The translations under genes were made by a program, and so were the position numbers. Below the pieces are notes generated by a model. The model was not told the DNA's origin. It worked only from the letters and a program-made list of their open reading frames with translations, and did no database searches. A stretch of DNA of 64,000 nt from Abditibacteriaceae bacterium. GTDB taxonomy: Bacteria > Armatimonadota > Abditibacteriia > Abditibacteriales > Abditibacteriaceae. Shown piece by piece: positions 20,586-30,804 of this stretch. The stretch's first letter is position 1. Each line of letters opens with the position of its first letter. The stretch spans positions 1,600,001 through 1,664,000 of the forward strand of contig OZ255721.1 in NCBI GenBank assembly GCA_965277285.1. Direction: 5' to 3'.

Positions 20586-20825
20586 AGAAAGGGAACACGG
20601 AACTTCGTTACATCCGCCCAGAGGGCACCCGGAACGGATAAACACGGATCCGAAATTTCAGATACAAATAACCCAAGTTGTTACCTAATCATTGCCTGCG
20701 AGTGAACTCGCAGGGTATGGCGGCAACTGGGGCCACAAATATGCAATTTCCCATCTACCAAATCCATGTTTATCCGTTCCGGGTGCCCTCTGGGCGGATG
20801 TAACGAAGTTCCGTGTTCCATTTCT
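20586..20825. repeat. MITE-like element with about 63-bp terminal inverted repeats (family D) containing a single family-E REP at 20695-20714
   Basis: ggaacacggaacttcgttacatccgcccagagggcacccggaacggataaacacggat inverted at 20762-20825; internal cctgcgagtgaactcgcagg. Confidence 0.8.
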
Positions 20826-20827
20826 TT

Positions 20828-22135
20828 TCAGTCGCTCAATTTGTCCAAATCGCGCAATGTCGGCGCAACGAACGACGCGATTGCGACGACGATCAGCGTC
20901 ATGGTGCCGCCGAAAACCACAGACGGAACCGTTCCCATCAGGCGCGCTACGGCACCCGATTCAAAGGCACCGATTTCGTTGGAACTGCCGATAAAAATAT
21001 TATTGACAGCCGAAACGCGACCGCGCATTTCATCCGGCGTGTTTAATTGCAAAAGCGTGCTGCGAATCACAACGCTGACATTATCGAAAGCACCGCTAAT
21101 CGCCAGCAGAACAAACGACAAAACGATGTTTCTTGACAGCGCAAAGGCCACTGTTGCCACGCCGAAACCCGCGACCACAAACAACAATTTGCGTCCGACA
21201 CGATTTCCCACGCCCTGCGGTCGATGCGCCAGCCACAAACTCGTCAAGACCGCGCCCGCCGCCGGAGCCGCGCGCAAAATGCCCAAACCTCGCGCGTCGG
21301 TGTGCAAAATATCGGAAGCGAAAATTGGCAACAATGCGACCGCGCCGCCAAACAAAACTGCAAATAAATCGAGCGCCAGCGCGCCCAGCACAATTTGATT
21401 GGAAAAGACGAAACGCAAGCCTTCGCCGATACTGCGATGAACCGCAATGACGTTGTCGCGCGGTGGAATCGCGGTGCGCGGAATCGTCGCCATAAAAATG
21501 AGGGCGAGCGTCATCATCGTCGCGTCGGTTCCATAGGCCACGCGGGCGCCCAAAAATCCATAAATCAGTCCGCCCAGCGCCGGGCCGCCAATCGACGCGG
21601 TTTGCCATGTCGAACTGCTCCACGTCGCGGAGTTTTCATAAAGTTCGCGCGGCACCAATTGCGCCGCCATGCCCGAAGTCGCTGGCCCCATGAAGCCACG
21701 CGCCAGGCCGCTCAGGAAAATCACCATGTAAATTGGGCGCACATCCAGCAAGAGCGGATCGGGAATGTGCTTATATGTCCATAACGAGTACGCGAACAGC
21801 GACAGCGAGCACACGCACAATATCAGCATCGACCACAAAGCGATTGTTTTGCGGCTGCGAATATCGGCGATATGACCGGCAAAAAGCGCCACGCCAATGG
21901 ACGGAATCGCTTCGGCCAGGCCGATTAGGCCCAGTGAAAGTGGATCGTGTGTCGCTTTATAAATCTGCCAACCGACAGCGACGCCTTGAATCTGCACGCC
22001 GATGGTCATCAAAAAACGAACGAGAATAAAAGCGCGAAACGGCGCGATGCGCAACGCCGCATACGGATCGACGAAGGTTTCAGAGGAAGGCTTGGAAGGA
22101 AGCATGGAAACGTTAAGAAGAAAATCGCTCATCAT
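20828..22135 (-). CDS. MFS transporter (EntS/H+ antiporter-like)
   Basis: Many TM segments; DPLSLGLIGLAEAIP, LDLFAVLFGGAVALLP, TPDEMRGRVSAVN, SNEIGAFESG. Confidence 0.9.
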   Translation of the reverse strand: MMSDFLLNVSMLPSKPSSETFVDPYAALRIAPFRAFILVRFLMTIGVQIQGVAVGWQIYKATHDPLSLGLIGLAEAIPSIGVALFAGHIADIRSRKTIALWSMLILCVCSLSLFAYSLWTYKHIPDPLLLDVRPIYMVIFLSGLARGFMGPATSGMAAQLVPRELYENSATWSSSTWQTASIGGPALGGLIYGFLGARVAYGTDATMMTLALIFMATIPRTAIPPRDNVIAVHRSIGEGLRFVFSNQIVLGALALDLFAVLFGGAVALLPIFASDILHTDARGLGILRAAPAAGAVLTSLWLAHRPQGVGNRVGRKLLFVVAGFGVATVAFALSRNIVLSFVLLAISGAFDNVSVVIRSTLLQLNTPDEMRGRVSAVNNIFIGSSNEIGAFESGAVARLMGTVPSVVFGGTMTLIVVAIASFVAPTLRDLDKLSD

Positions 22136-22404
22136 CTTAACGCAAAGCGTTCCGTATCACAGCTACCAAATGAACCAAAGCGCCTTCGAGTACTCGAATT
22201 GAGAGCGACGCGCTTTTTCGCGGACGAGGTTCAGGTGAATCCTCAACTGTGATCTGCAATCTTGCGAGATCTTGGTAATAGCTCTTATAAATACTCACCG
22301 AACGATCATCGAGTACTCGATGCGGCTGGACGCGATGTCATTGTAAAATGCAGGCCATCTCTTCCAAGCTGTCTTACCAATAACGCGGAATAATTGGGTG
22401 CTTT

Positions 22405-23850
22405 ATGAAACTTCGTTCTTTTTTATTGCAACGCGCTCACATCGCGTTTTCTCTGGTCGCACTCGCTGGTCTCGGTGCCAGTTTCAATTTGGTCGCGCAA
22501 GCGGCGCCGACGGACATTGCGATGCGCGATCCGTCGACCCTTGTCAAGCGCGACGGCGTTTATTACATCTTTGGAACGGGACACGGCACGCCGGAATATT
22601 CTTCGCGCGACCGCTTGACTTGGACACCGCTTGGCCCCGCGCTGCCGCAAGCTCCCCTCTGGCTGAGCGCCGCCGTGCCGCAAAATCGCAATGATAGCGC
22701 ATGGGTGCCTGACATCGCTTTTTTTGACGGCGAGTACCACTTGTATTCCGCGTATTCGTCCCTTGGCAGCAAGCGTTCTGCGATTGGACTGGCAACTAAC
22801 AAAACGCTTGATCCCAAAGGCTGGGTTGATCAAGGCATCGTGGTGCAATCGGACGACGCATTAAGTTTCAACACCATTGATCCCAGCGTGTTTCAAGATG
22901 GCGACGGGCATTGGTGGATGTCCTTCGGTTCCCATTTCGATGGCATCCATGTTATGCCGCTCGACGATCGTACCGGAAAACGCGCTGCCAACAGCCAGCT
23001 AACGCGAATCGCCACGCGCCCCGACGCGCCCGGCAATGCCATCGAAGCCTCAGCGATTTATTTCCACGACGGCTGGTATTACTTGTTCACCAACTGGGGC
23101 AGTTGCTTGCAGGGCGCGCGATCGACCTACAACATTCGCGTCTGTCGCTCGCGCACCGCGACCGGCCCTTACGAAGATCGAACCGGTCGGCGCGCGCTCG
23201 AAGGTGGCGGCTCGCTGTTTCTGGGTTCGGCGATTGATGACGGCACGGGTCGGCCTTTCGATGATCAGGTCGCGCCTGGACACGCCGGAATTTTGCGCGA
23301 CGGCGACCAATACTTTCTTTCCACGGCCTACGAGTGGTCGCGTTTTTTGAACGGCCAAACGACCGTCAATGTCCAGACGCTGGCCTGGGATTTCGCTGGC
23401 TGGCCGCGCGCTGTGCTCGACAACACGCCGTTCAAAATCGTTTCCAATCTGGGAACTCACGCGGTCTTGGAAGCGAGCAACGCCTCAGCGAACGGCGCTG
23501 TTGTACAAACTGATGCCTACGAGGGACGCGCGCTGCAAAAATGGACATTGAAACATCTTGGTGACGGCTATTACAGCATTACCAACGTCGCAAGCGGTTT
23601 AGTCATCGGCACGGTTGGCGGCGCGTCAACGCCTGGTTCCAAAGTCGAACTCGCTCCGTTTCAAAACCTTGATTCGCAAAAATGGTATGCTCGCCAAAAC
23701 GAGGACGGCACTTATTCGCTGCTGCTCAAAAGTAGCAATCAAAGCGTCGCGCTCGATGTTCAAGGCTCTTCGCTCAACGATCAAACGCCGCTGCAAGTCT
23801 GGTCAGACCTGGCCAGCGACGCGCAAAAATGGACGTTTCATCAGAAATAA
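22405..23850 (+). CDS. Secreted GH43 endo-arabinanase-like enzyme with C-terminal ricin-B/CBM13 domain
   Basis: Signal peptide; MRDPST, WVPDI, NTIDPSV, MSFGS, AIEASAI; three QKW ricin repeats. Confidence 0.88.
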   Translation: MKLRSFLLQRAHIAFSLVALAGLGASFNLVAQAAPTDIAMRDPSTLVKRDGVYYIFGTGHGTPEYSSRDRLTWTPLGPALPQAPLWLSAAVPQNRNDSAWVPDIAFFDGEYHLYSAYSSLGSKRSAIGLATNKTLDPKGWVDQGIVVQSDDALSFNTIDPSVFQDGDGHWWMSFGSHFDGIHVMPLDDRTGKRAANSQLTRIATRPDAPGNAIEASAIYFHDGWYYLFTNWGSCLQGARSTYNIRVCRSRTATGPYEDRTGRRALEGGGSLFLGSAIDDGTGRPFDDQVAPGHAGILRDGDQYFLSTAYEWSRFLNGQTTVNVQTLAWDFAGWPRAVLDNTPFKIVSNLGTHAVLEASNASANGAVVQTDAYEGRALQKWTLKHLGDGYYSITNVASGLVIGTVGGASTPGSKVELAPFQNLDSQKWYARQNEDGTYSLLLKSSNQSVALDVQGSSLNDQTPLQVWSDLASDAQKWTFHQK

Positions 23851-24155
23851 AAGTAGGTGATTATCCCTTGACGACACGTAAGGGTATTTTAACGCTCCGC
23901 AATTTCTCGCGGAGCGTTTTTATTTTAGCTGATTTACGAAAGTGGCGCTTTAGGGATAAGTATAGGGATGACTCACCTTTTTCGTATGTGTAAGTAACAA
24001 AAAAGGTAGAGGTTATGCCATTACCCCGTTGTGTTTCCATAACGGGCATAAACGATGTGATAGAATGACATTGACATTGAACGGGCATAAACGCTTGACG
24101 GGTTTCCCTTTATGTGTAAGGGTACGTTATGCCTGTTGTAATTTGGAGGTGAGGG

Positions 24156-24875
24156 ATGGAAAACAATCGTCCAATTCCATACGAAGACATGATTGCTGCG
24201 GTCGGAGAAGAAAACGCCATAGACAACCAACGTCTCGCCACTTTAAGGGAGGACATAGAAAAGCTGGAGGCGACAATCAACTTGCGCATCTCTCTTATTG
24301 AGGACTGGAAGCGAAAATCAGGATACGCAAAACACATGACGGTAAAGACAACGGAACCGTTAGTGACTGCAATAAAGTCACGGCGCAAACGAGGACGCCC
24401 TGCGAGACCCGCTCCCAATTTTGTTTCTCTATTTGCCCCTAACGAGTTTGTGGGTACATCGCAAACCGGCGCTCTTACTCTAATCGCAGGAAAGATTACA
24501 GCAATGGGGCGCAATCAAGATGTTTTTGGGGTTGCCGATGTATTAAGTCTATTGGAGCACGTTGGTTCGCCAATAGGAGGTGAAACTGACTACAATAGGA
24601 ATCAAAATACTTCCAAATTGTTGCGGCGACACAAGGACATTATCAGTGTTGATAAAGGTCGGTACCGGTTCGGTAGGGTTGAATCTCCAAAATCGGAAAA
24701 TCCAACTGCTCAACATGAACCGACAGAACGTGGCGCTCTCAATCAGACGATGCAGTCAGACCTAATGTCTGAGGTGAGCACAGAGGAAAGTAACGGCTAT
24801 TTCGAGAACCGCTCACTCAATTTGCCTTTGCAGGAATTAAGGGAAACGAGCGTTGAGCCGAACCTTCACAATTAG
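24156..24875 (+). CDS. IS passenger hypothetical protein, possibly DNA-binding (coiled coil, RRKRGRP, wHTH-like)
   Basis: RBS ggaggtga; LATLREDIEKLEATINL coiled coil; LLRRHKDIISVDKGRYRF wing-like motif; hairpin at 24914-24950. Confidence 0.7.
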   Translation: MENNRPIPYEDMIAAVGEENAIDNQRLATLREDIEKLEATINLRISLIEDWKRKSGYAKHMTVKTTEPLVTAIKSRRKRGRPARPAPNFVSLFAPNEFVGTSQTGALTLIAGKITAMGRNQDVFGVADVLSLLEHVGSPIGGETDYNRNQNTSKLLRRHKDIISVDKGRYRFGRVESPKSENPTAQHEPTERGALNQTMQSDLMSEVSTEESNGYFENRSLNLPLQELRETSVEPNLHN

Positions 24876-25376
24876 GCTATGACCGCTGCTAAGGCAGCGT
24901 TAACATACTGCAATAAAAAACCCCACGAATAGCGTCAACTATTCGTGGGGGCGTTGGAAAAGCACTATTAAATGCGTCTCGCAACCATACCGCAGATACT
25001 TTAATACATAACAACGCTTATTGCAAACCAACGTCCTCTTTGGAAGTGCTTCCTCCAAAGGGCTTTTCTCTTTCGAGGAAGGAGTTTGCTAATGAGGAAG
25101 CGCAAAAGAATCGTACCGGCTCGTCGGAGGCATCAATTTCCGCATGGAAAAAATTGCTCCAATGGTGTTTTTTGCTGGTGCCAGCGCAAGGAGCGTTTGG
25201 CACGTCGTACGATGAAACCGCTGAATGTTTCAAGTCACCAGCCCAAACTGCTTATGCGTCGCAAGATCGGTCGCAAGTGATTTATGTGCCCCTACCAATT
25301 CGTTGGTAGGGGCACATTCTTTTTGTCGTGCGCGTGTGGCACACTATGCCTTAGCTAAGTTTAGCGAGGTGTTGCC

Positions 25377-25553
25377 ATGTGCCAGAAAAAAGACACGAAA
25401 CAGTCAAAAACGATTCTTCATTCTGCCTATCCCGTCAAACAAACAGAACCAGTTGTCAGCGAACACGATAAAGATAACCCTAAACACCTTGAGGACTTTA
25501 ACGCTGTTCTCAGTCGCGCGACTTCAAATGACCAAGCAAAAGGTCAAACATAA
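25377..25553 (+). CDS. Small (58 aa) IS-internal ORF convergent with and overlapping the transposase 3' end
   Basis: RBS gaggt; MCQKKDTKQSKTILHSAYPVKQTEPVVSEHDKDNPKHLEDFNAVLSRATSNDQAKGQT; below the ORF-track cutoff. Confidence 0.4.
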   Translation: MCQKKDTKQSKTILHSAYPVKQTEPVVSEHDKDNPKHLEDFNAVLSRATSNDQAKGQT

Positions 25554-26373
25554 GCGCGGGGTTATGCCTCATGTTGTAGCGGAAAGCAAACTCATCAACA
25601 TACTTTTGAAGATGCTTTTTCGATACCCAAACATGAGTGCCCGAAACACTCACTTTCAACCGCGACCAGAAGCCTTCAATGGATTGAGTGTGAAACTCGC
25701 CATTGACATACTGCTTTGCACCGTGCTTCACGATGCCGTGAATGTAGCCGTTCGCAGATAGTGAGTTGTAAGCGTTGTATTCGTCAGAACTGATAAGCGT
25801 TTCCGCGAGAACGTTCTGAATCACTTCTTTTGTGAGCGTACTCATCATTACGTTAGGCACAACTTTCGCCTTGACGTTGCCGCCACGCTCTACCATACCG
25901 AAAACAGCAGTTTTGCCAGCCGCACCACGTCCGCGCTTGCCGCGCCGCTTGCCGCCTACATACGTCTCATCAACTTCAACGTGACCCTTAAGTGGCTCCG
26001 TTGAATCTGCGCTACCCATGAGTTTACGAATCTCATGCGCCATGCGCCATGCCGTCTTATAGGTCACTCCAAGCTGACGCTCTAACTCTTTGGCGGGGAC
26101 GCCGTGACGCGATGCCGTCATTAGGTAAATGGCATACATCCACGACTTGAGCGGCGTTGTGGACTTCTCGAATGGGGTGCCTTTCGTCGGGTAAACTTGG
26201 TTCGCGCACCATTGGCACGCATACGAACGGCGCTCTTTAATGCGGTGATACTTGAAAGCGCGCTGGCACTTTGGACACTCTGCTAAAGCGCCAAAACGTA
26301 AGCGGAATATCTCGTCAAGGCAAGCGTCGTCGTTCGGGAAACGTTCGTTAAACTGCGCAATGGTGAACTTCAT
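25510..26373 (-). CDS. IS1595-family transposase
   Basis: Zn ribbon CPKC...CQWC, HTH ELERQLGVTYKTAWRM, VEVDETYVGG, SDEYNAY, TQSIEGFWSRLK, YVDEFAFRYN. Confidence 0.96.
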   Translation of the reverse strand: MKFTIAQFNERFPNDDACLDEIFRLRFGALAECPKCQRAFKYHRIKERRSYACQWCANQVYPTKGTPFEKSTTPLKSWMYAIYLMTASRHGVPAKELERQLGVTYKTAWRMAHEIRKLMGSADSTEPLKGHVEVDETYVGGKRRGKRGRGAAGKTAVFGMVERGGNVKAKVVPNVMMSTLTKEVIQNVLAETLISSDEYNAYNSLSANGYIHGIVKHGAKQYVNGEFHTQSIEGFWSRLKVSVSGTHVWVSKKHLQKYVDEFAFRYNMRHNPALMFDLLLGHLKSRD

Positions 26374-26379
26374 ACTGCA

Positions 26380-26408
26380 AGTATAGATTATTCCTTACGT
26401 GTCGTCAA
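26380..26408 (-). promoter_or_regulatory. Sigma70-type promoter of the transposase, -35 inside the TIR, predicted leaderless mRNA
   Basis: Minus strand reads TTGACG-17 bp-TATACT-tgcagt-ATG. Confidence 0.7.
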
Positions 26409-26584
26409 GGGATAATCACCTAAAAGTATTCAACGCGTTGAGGTTTTTTCAACCCGCCGCCCATTTCCATAACGTCGCCTTTAATTTTAGCGACCAAACT
26501 GTGAAGCGAAAAACCACAAAGCGCGCATCGAGTTTCGAGTACTCGATGCGCGCTTTGGTATTTGATGCGTCGGTATTTGATGCG

Positions 26585-27196
26585 TCACAGGTTTTCGGTC
26601 AGGTGCAAGATCGCCATGCCGTTGATAATGCGGCAACGCAATTTTTGCGCGGCGAGAGGAAAGTTGAGGTCGTTTTCCGCATAACGACGATGCCAGGAAT
26701 GCACGCGACCATTGGGCGCGCAAAGGTAAGCGGCGATTTCGCAACCATCGACCGATTCGCCGCTTTTCGTATCGCGCGCAAAAATCAGGATGTGCGCATC
26801 GCTATTTGTTCCCGAAGTTATTCCCGCGCGATCATCGCTGTCGACATCGGAGAAAGGAATGTGCCAGATTTCGATGCGTTGCGCTTGATCGAACAATTGC
26901 TCGGGATTGGTGCTGAAACGTTGGCCCGTCGTCGCGGGAGTGTAAGGCGCTGGAGCGCGCACGGCCAAGCTGTATGTTGGGACGAGCACGGGCACAATTT
27001 GCAGATCGGCGCTATGCAAATCGGCCTCGGTTTGCTGCGACAACAGCACGTCGCTCATGGCGTTCATATCGCTCAAAGCACTGATGTCTGTCGTAGCACC
27101 GATGTCACTCGGCCTGTTCATGTCACTGCTATCATCGGCTGGGAGCGCGTGAAGATTTGGTGCGTTGTGGGCGTTGTTGGGAAGAGTTTCGCTCAT
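26585..27196 (-). CDS. Hypothetical protein
   Basis: Open frame from MSETLPNN with a low-complexity N-terminus; no motif recognised. Confidence 0.55.
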   Translation of the reverse strand: MSETLPNNAHNAPNLHALPADDSSDMNRPSDIGATTDISALSDMNAMSDVLLSQQTEADLHSADLQIVPVLVPTYSLAVRAPAPYTPATTGQRFSTNPEQLFDQAQRIEIWHIPFSDVDSDDRAGITSGTNSDAHILIFARDTKSGESVDGCEIAAYLCAPNGRVHSWHRRYAENDLNFPLAAQKLRCRIINGMAILHLTENL

Positions 27197-27388
27197 AATA
27201 GGTTTGCAAATAAGTGCCGTTTTCCTCCAGACGAGGCCGCAATTAGCAAAGACAATCCACCGTTCGCAGCGCTTGACTTGAATTGTCGGCGCCAATGGTT
27301 TCCAAACGATTAAGCACGCGTTAACGCCAAATAATTTTCGCGTGACGAAACCGTTTCGCGCGCTGCATTACGTAAAAATCTGCATTTA

Positions 27389-27817
27389 ATGCCCACGCGT
27401 GATAAAATAACGCGCGTGCAAAAGCTTCATTTGTCTACGAAACAAGCGAACGAGTTCGTCAACATCACGGCGGACGTAAAAAAAGCGGTGCAGGAAAGCG
27501 GCGTCAAGCGCGGTTTGTGCGTGGTTCACGCCCCGCACACGACTGCCGCCATCACGGTTCAGGAAGGCTACGACCCGGATGTCATACGCGATATTTTGAT
27601 GTCGCTTGATCAGCAAGTGCCGCGCGAAAATGATTATCGTCATGCCGAAGGCAACAGCGCCGCGCACATCAAAACTTTGATGACCGGCAGCAGCCAGACT
27701 TTAGCCATCGAGTACTCGACATTGCAACTGGGACGCTGGCAGGCCGTTTTCTTTTGCGAATTCGATGGCCCACGCGAACGCACGGTTTGGATACAAATAA
27801 TTAAGGATGAAGGATGA
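27389..27817 (+). CDS. yjbQ: YjbQ/UPF0047 family protein
   Basis: PHTTAAITVQE, DPDV, YRHAEGNSAAHIK, LGRWQAVFFCEFDGPRER. Confidence 0.92.
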   Translation: MPTRDKITRVQKLHLSTKQANEFVNITADVKKAVQESGVKRGLCVVHAPHTTAAITVQEGYDPDVIRDILMSLDQQVPRENDYRHAEGNSAAHIKTLMTGSSQTLAIEYSTLQLGRWQAVFFCEFDGPRERTVWIQIIKDEG

Positions 27818-27879
27818 AACTTGAAGGATGAAGAAATCGCGTCCGAACTTCATCCTTCATCCCTCATAATCCATCCTTC
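27803..27879. repeat. Inverted arrays of the heptamer GGATGAA/TTCATCC
   Basis: aaggatgaaggatgaa...gaaggatgaag...cttcatccttcatccctcat; related agggatgag/ctcatccct at 30725-30776. Confidence 0.7.
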
Positions 27880-27899
27880 TTTTTACCGGAGGTGAAACT

Positions 27900-28004
27900 A
27901 TGGCTCGTCAACGTCAGCAGGAAATCAAGCGTCGCCGCAAGCGCCGCGAAGAACGTATCAAAGAGAATATCAAAAGCGCCAAAAGCGCCAGCAAAAAGAA
28001 GTAA
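27900..28004 (+). CDS. Small basic protein (34 aa)
   Basis: Strong RBS GGAGGTG; MARQRQQEIKRRRKRREERIKENIKSAKSASKKK; below the ORF-track cutoff. Confidence 0.65.
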   Translation: MARQRQQEIKRRRKRREERIKENIKSAKSASKKK

Positions 28005-28240
28005 TTCGTTGTGCAACCTACGGCAAAAGCCGCGTTCGAGTACTCGATAACGTCCGTTCAACGAGTGATATAACGCGGCTTTTGTGCGTTTTAAGATGCG
28101 AAGTACTGAGCCGATCTTGTACCGATTTTTGACGCCGTGAAGCGTGTTCGTTATAATGCGCGCCAGAATACGCGACAGTTTCCATCGCGTTCTTTTGTGT
28201 TTTTCGTGCCTTTTCGCGGCCTTCATTTGGCTTTCACTTT

Positions 28241-28924
28241 ATGATAAACGTCGCGCTTTCTTCATCTGACCGCAAGTTTTCGCGCGAGTTGCGCTTGCAA
28301 CTCGTCGGCTGGGGTTATCGTCCGTGGATGGCCGACCCCGAAGAACCGCTGCTCGAACAATTGCATGATCGCGGCGCCGATTTGCTGCTCCTCGATTTCA
28401 CGTCTTCGCCCGCCGATGCGCCATCTTCGGTGCGTTCTCTCAAGCGCAACGCCGAACTTAAACATATCGCCGTTGTCGCCATTGTCGATGCGCGCGACGC
28501 CGTAACGCTCGATTTTTCAGTTGGACTGGAAGATTTTCTGGTCAAGTCCGATTCGTTCGAGGAATTGGAAACGCGCATCAAATTCGTCTTGTGGCGCTTG
28601 TCGAAAGTCGATTCCAAAGATACAGTCAAAGCCGGCGCGCTGGTGATGAACCTGGCCAGTTATCAGGTTTCGGTCAAGGGCGAAACCATTGAACTGACCT
28701 ACAAAGAATACGAACTTTTGCGCTTTTTGCTGACGCATCGCGGACGCGTATTTTCGCGCGATGCGCTTTTGCGTCACGTCTGGGGCGAAGAATATCTGGG
28801 CGGCACGCGCACGGTCGACGTTCACATTCGCCGACTGCGCGCCAAAATCGGCACCGAGTTCGACGAACTGATTCAAACGGTGCGCAACGTCGGCTACAAA
28901 TTCATCGAAGAAAACAAGTCGTAA
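28241..28924 (+). CDS. OmpR-family response regulator, GlnR-like (atypical receiver)
   Basis: LTYKEYELLRFL...RVFSRDALLRHVWGEEYLGGTRTVDVHIRRLRAKIG; no adjacent kinase; upstream of P-II and glnA. Confidence 0.85.
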   Translation: MINVALSSSDRKFSRELRLQLVGWGYRPWMADPEEPLLEQLHDRGADLLLLDFTSSPADAPSSVRSLKRNAELKHIAVVAIVDARDAVTLDFSVGLEDFLVKSDSFEELETRIKFVLWRLSKVDSKDTVKAGALVMNLASYQVSVKGETIELTYKEYELLRFLLTHRGRVFSRDALLRHVWGEEYLGGTRTVDVHIRRLRAKIGTEFDELIQTVRNVGYKFIEENKS

Positions 28925-28944
28925 GCGTTTTGAGTACTCGATTT

Positions 28945-30225
28945 ATGATTCGTTTTCCTCTTCTCGCCATTTCGGCTGTCGCGCTAACTTCGAGCAAATG
29001 TCTTGTTGCAATTGCTAAAAGTCCGGTAGCGAAGCATTCTGTTGTTGCAAACAATGTAAAATTTCCCAGGCCAAACCGCGTTGATCGTCTCGTCACTATT
29101 CTCTTGAATCCTACTCTGGAAATAGAACAAGAGTCAGAGGTTATGGATGAGATTGAAACTCTGCCACTCGCGGATCAATTGATAGCTTATCGCCGCCTCG
29201 CCAATACAGCTTCTAACCCGGAAGTTGTTTCCGCATCCCTCCAAGACCTAATTTATTTGCATACTTCAGACGCGTATCGAGTACTGGAAAAGCGATTGCC
29301 GGGCTTGCCGTCGTATTACCAAAATCTTTTAATTAGTACTCTTCTCGTACGCAGTTACTTGAACATTGATAAAAGATTGATTGAGGCCATGCGGCCTCTC
29401 ACCAGAAAACTTTTAACGGCAGAAAGTGGCAAAGATCAGCAAAGAGAGTTCGCTTCCGCAATCGGCGCGGCCACTCTGGTTTTGGCTTATAGCGCGCAAA
29501 ACGAAGACAAACTGTTGATTCGCGCGGCTTTGAAGAAGTTTCCTCGTGCGAGCAGCATTTGGCTGGCGGCGGCGCAAGCCAAAGTCATTGGGAAAGAAGA
29601 ACAAGAGTTGGCTCGGAAACTCATACCGGATTTGAACAAGCCTTTGATCGTGATCGAAAAACTTCCTACTCGGCAACCTTACGACTCAGAGTTGCGATCT
29701 GCTATTGCAATTGCTCTTGCGCCTTATGAGAAAGACTTTTACAATGCTGTGCACTTGCAATCAGATAGGTCTTTCCAAGAGTTTGGGAAATCTTCCGACA
29801 CGGAAGTAATGAAGATGTTTTGGTCGAAGGATTCTTATAATGTCTTTCTCTATGGCGCAAACGCTGAGTTCATTTCAAGGCTGATATTCCTCAACGTGCC
29901 ATTCGACCAAAATCCGGTTTCGCAAGCTATCCATTACAAAAGTGTTCTGATGAGACGATCTGCTTATCCCGTTATCGCCGATAAATATCCAGACGACTTT
30001 CTAAAGCTGGCTAAAGCAGGTCGCATAGATGCTGGCGATCCAGAAACATTCGAGGCTTTGATGGCATTTTTCGTTTCCCGTCATCCGCAGCAAAAGAACC
30101 AGATTTTAGAAGTCATATCGCAGGCTCGGCTTCTGAAGGGTCAGAAGCTTCTGCAAGAATTTGGAATTACTGCACTTCTGGGCGGTGGCGCATACAGTTT
30201 CTTAGGCTTTTACATGCAACCATGA
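28945..30225 (+). CDS. Exported helical hypothetical protein with atypical (AT-richer) codon usage
   Basis: Long open frame with a signal-peptide-like N-terminus; lies between the regulator and glnB. Confidence 0.7.
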   Translation: MIRFPLLAISAVALTSSKCLVAIAKSPVAKHSVVANNVKFPRPNRVDRLVTILLNPTLEIEQESEVMDEIETLPLADQLIAYRRLANTASNPEVVSASLQDLIYLHTSDAYRVLEKRLPGLPSYYQNLLISTLLVRSYLNIDKRLIEAMRPLTRKLLTAESGKDQQREFASAIGAATLVLAYSAQNEDKLLIRAALKKFPRASSIWLAAAQAKVIGKEEQELARKLIPDLNKPLIVIEKLPTRQPYDSELRSAIAIALAPYEKDFYNAVHLQSDRSFQEFGKSSDTEVMKMFWSKDSYNVFLYGANAEFISRLIFLNVPFDQNPVSQAIHYKSVLMRRSAYPVIADKYPDDFLKLAKAGRIDAGDPETFEALMAFFVSRHPQQKNQILEVISQARLLKGQKLLQEFGITALLGGGAYSFLGFYMQP

Positions 30226-30238
30226 CGCGTTTTGATAG

Positions 30239-30721
<483 letters not shown>

Positions 30722-30804
30722 ATCAGGGATGAGGTAAAAGGGATGAGTAACATCGAGTACTCGTCCCTCATCCCTTTCTACTATTCCGAAGGAGATTTTC
30801 TTTA

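Larger units (their letters stand above)
23856..26420. mobile_element. Complete IS1595-family element (2565 bp) with passenger genes
   Basis: Perfect 28-bp TIR GGTGATTATCCCTTGACGACACGTAAGG at 23856-23883 and 26393-26420; 8-bp target duplication TAAAAGTA at 23848-23855 and 26421-26428; internal DDE transposase. Confidence 0.95.

Noticed and set aside
25040..25309. 89-aa ORF inside the IS cargo
   Set aside because: TTG start with no clear RBS or motif; cannot be supported as a gene.
26399..27313. 304-aa plus-strand ORF
   Set aside because: It starts inside the IS terminal repeat and shadows the minus-strand ORF at 26585-27196.
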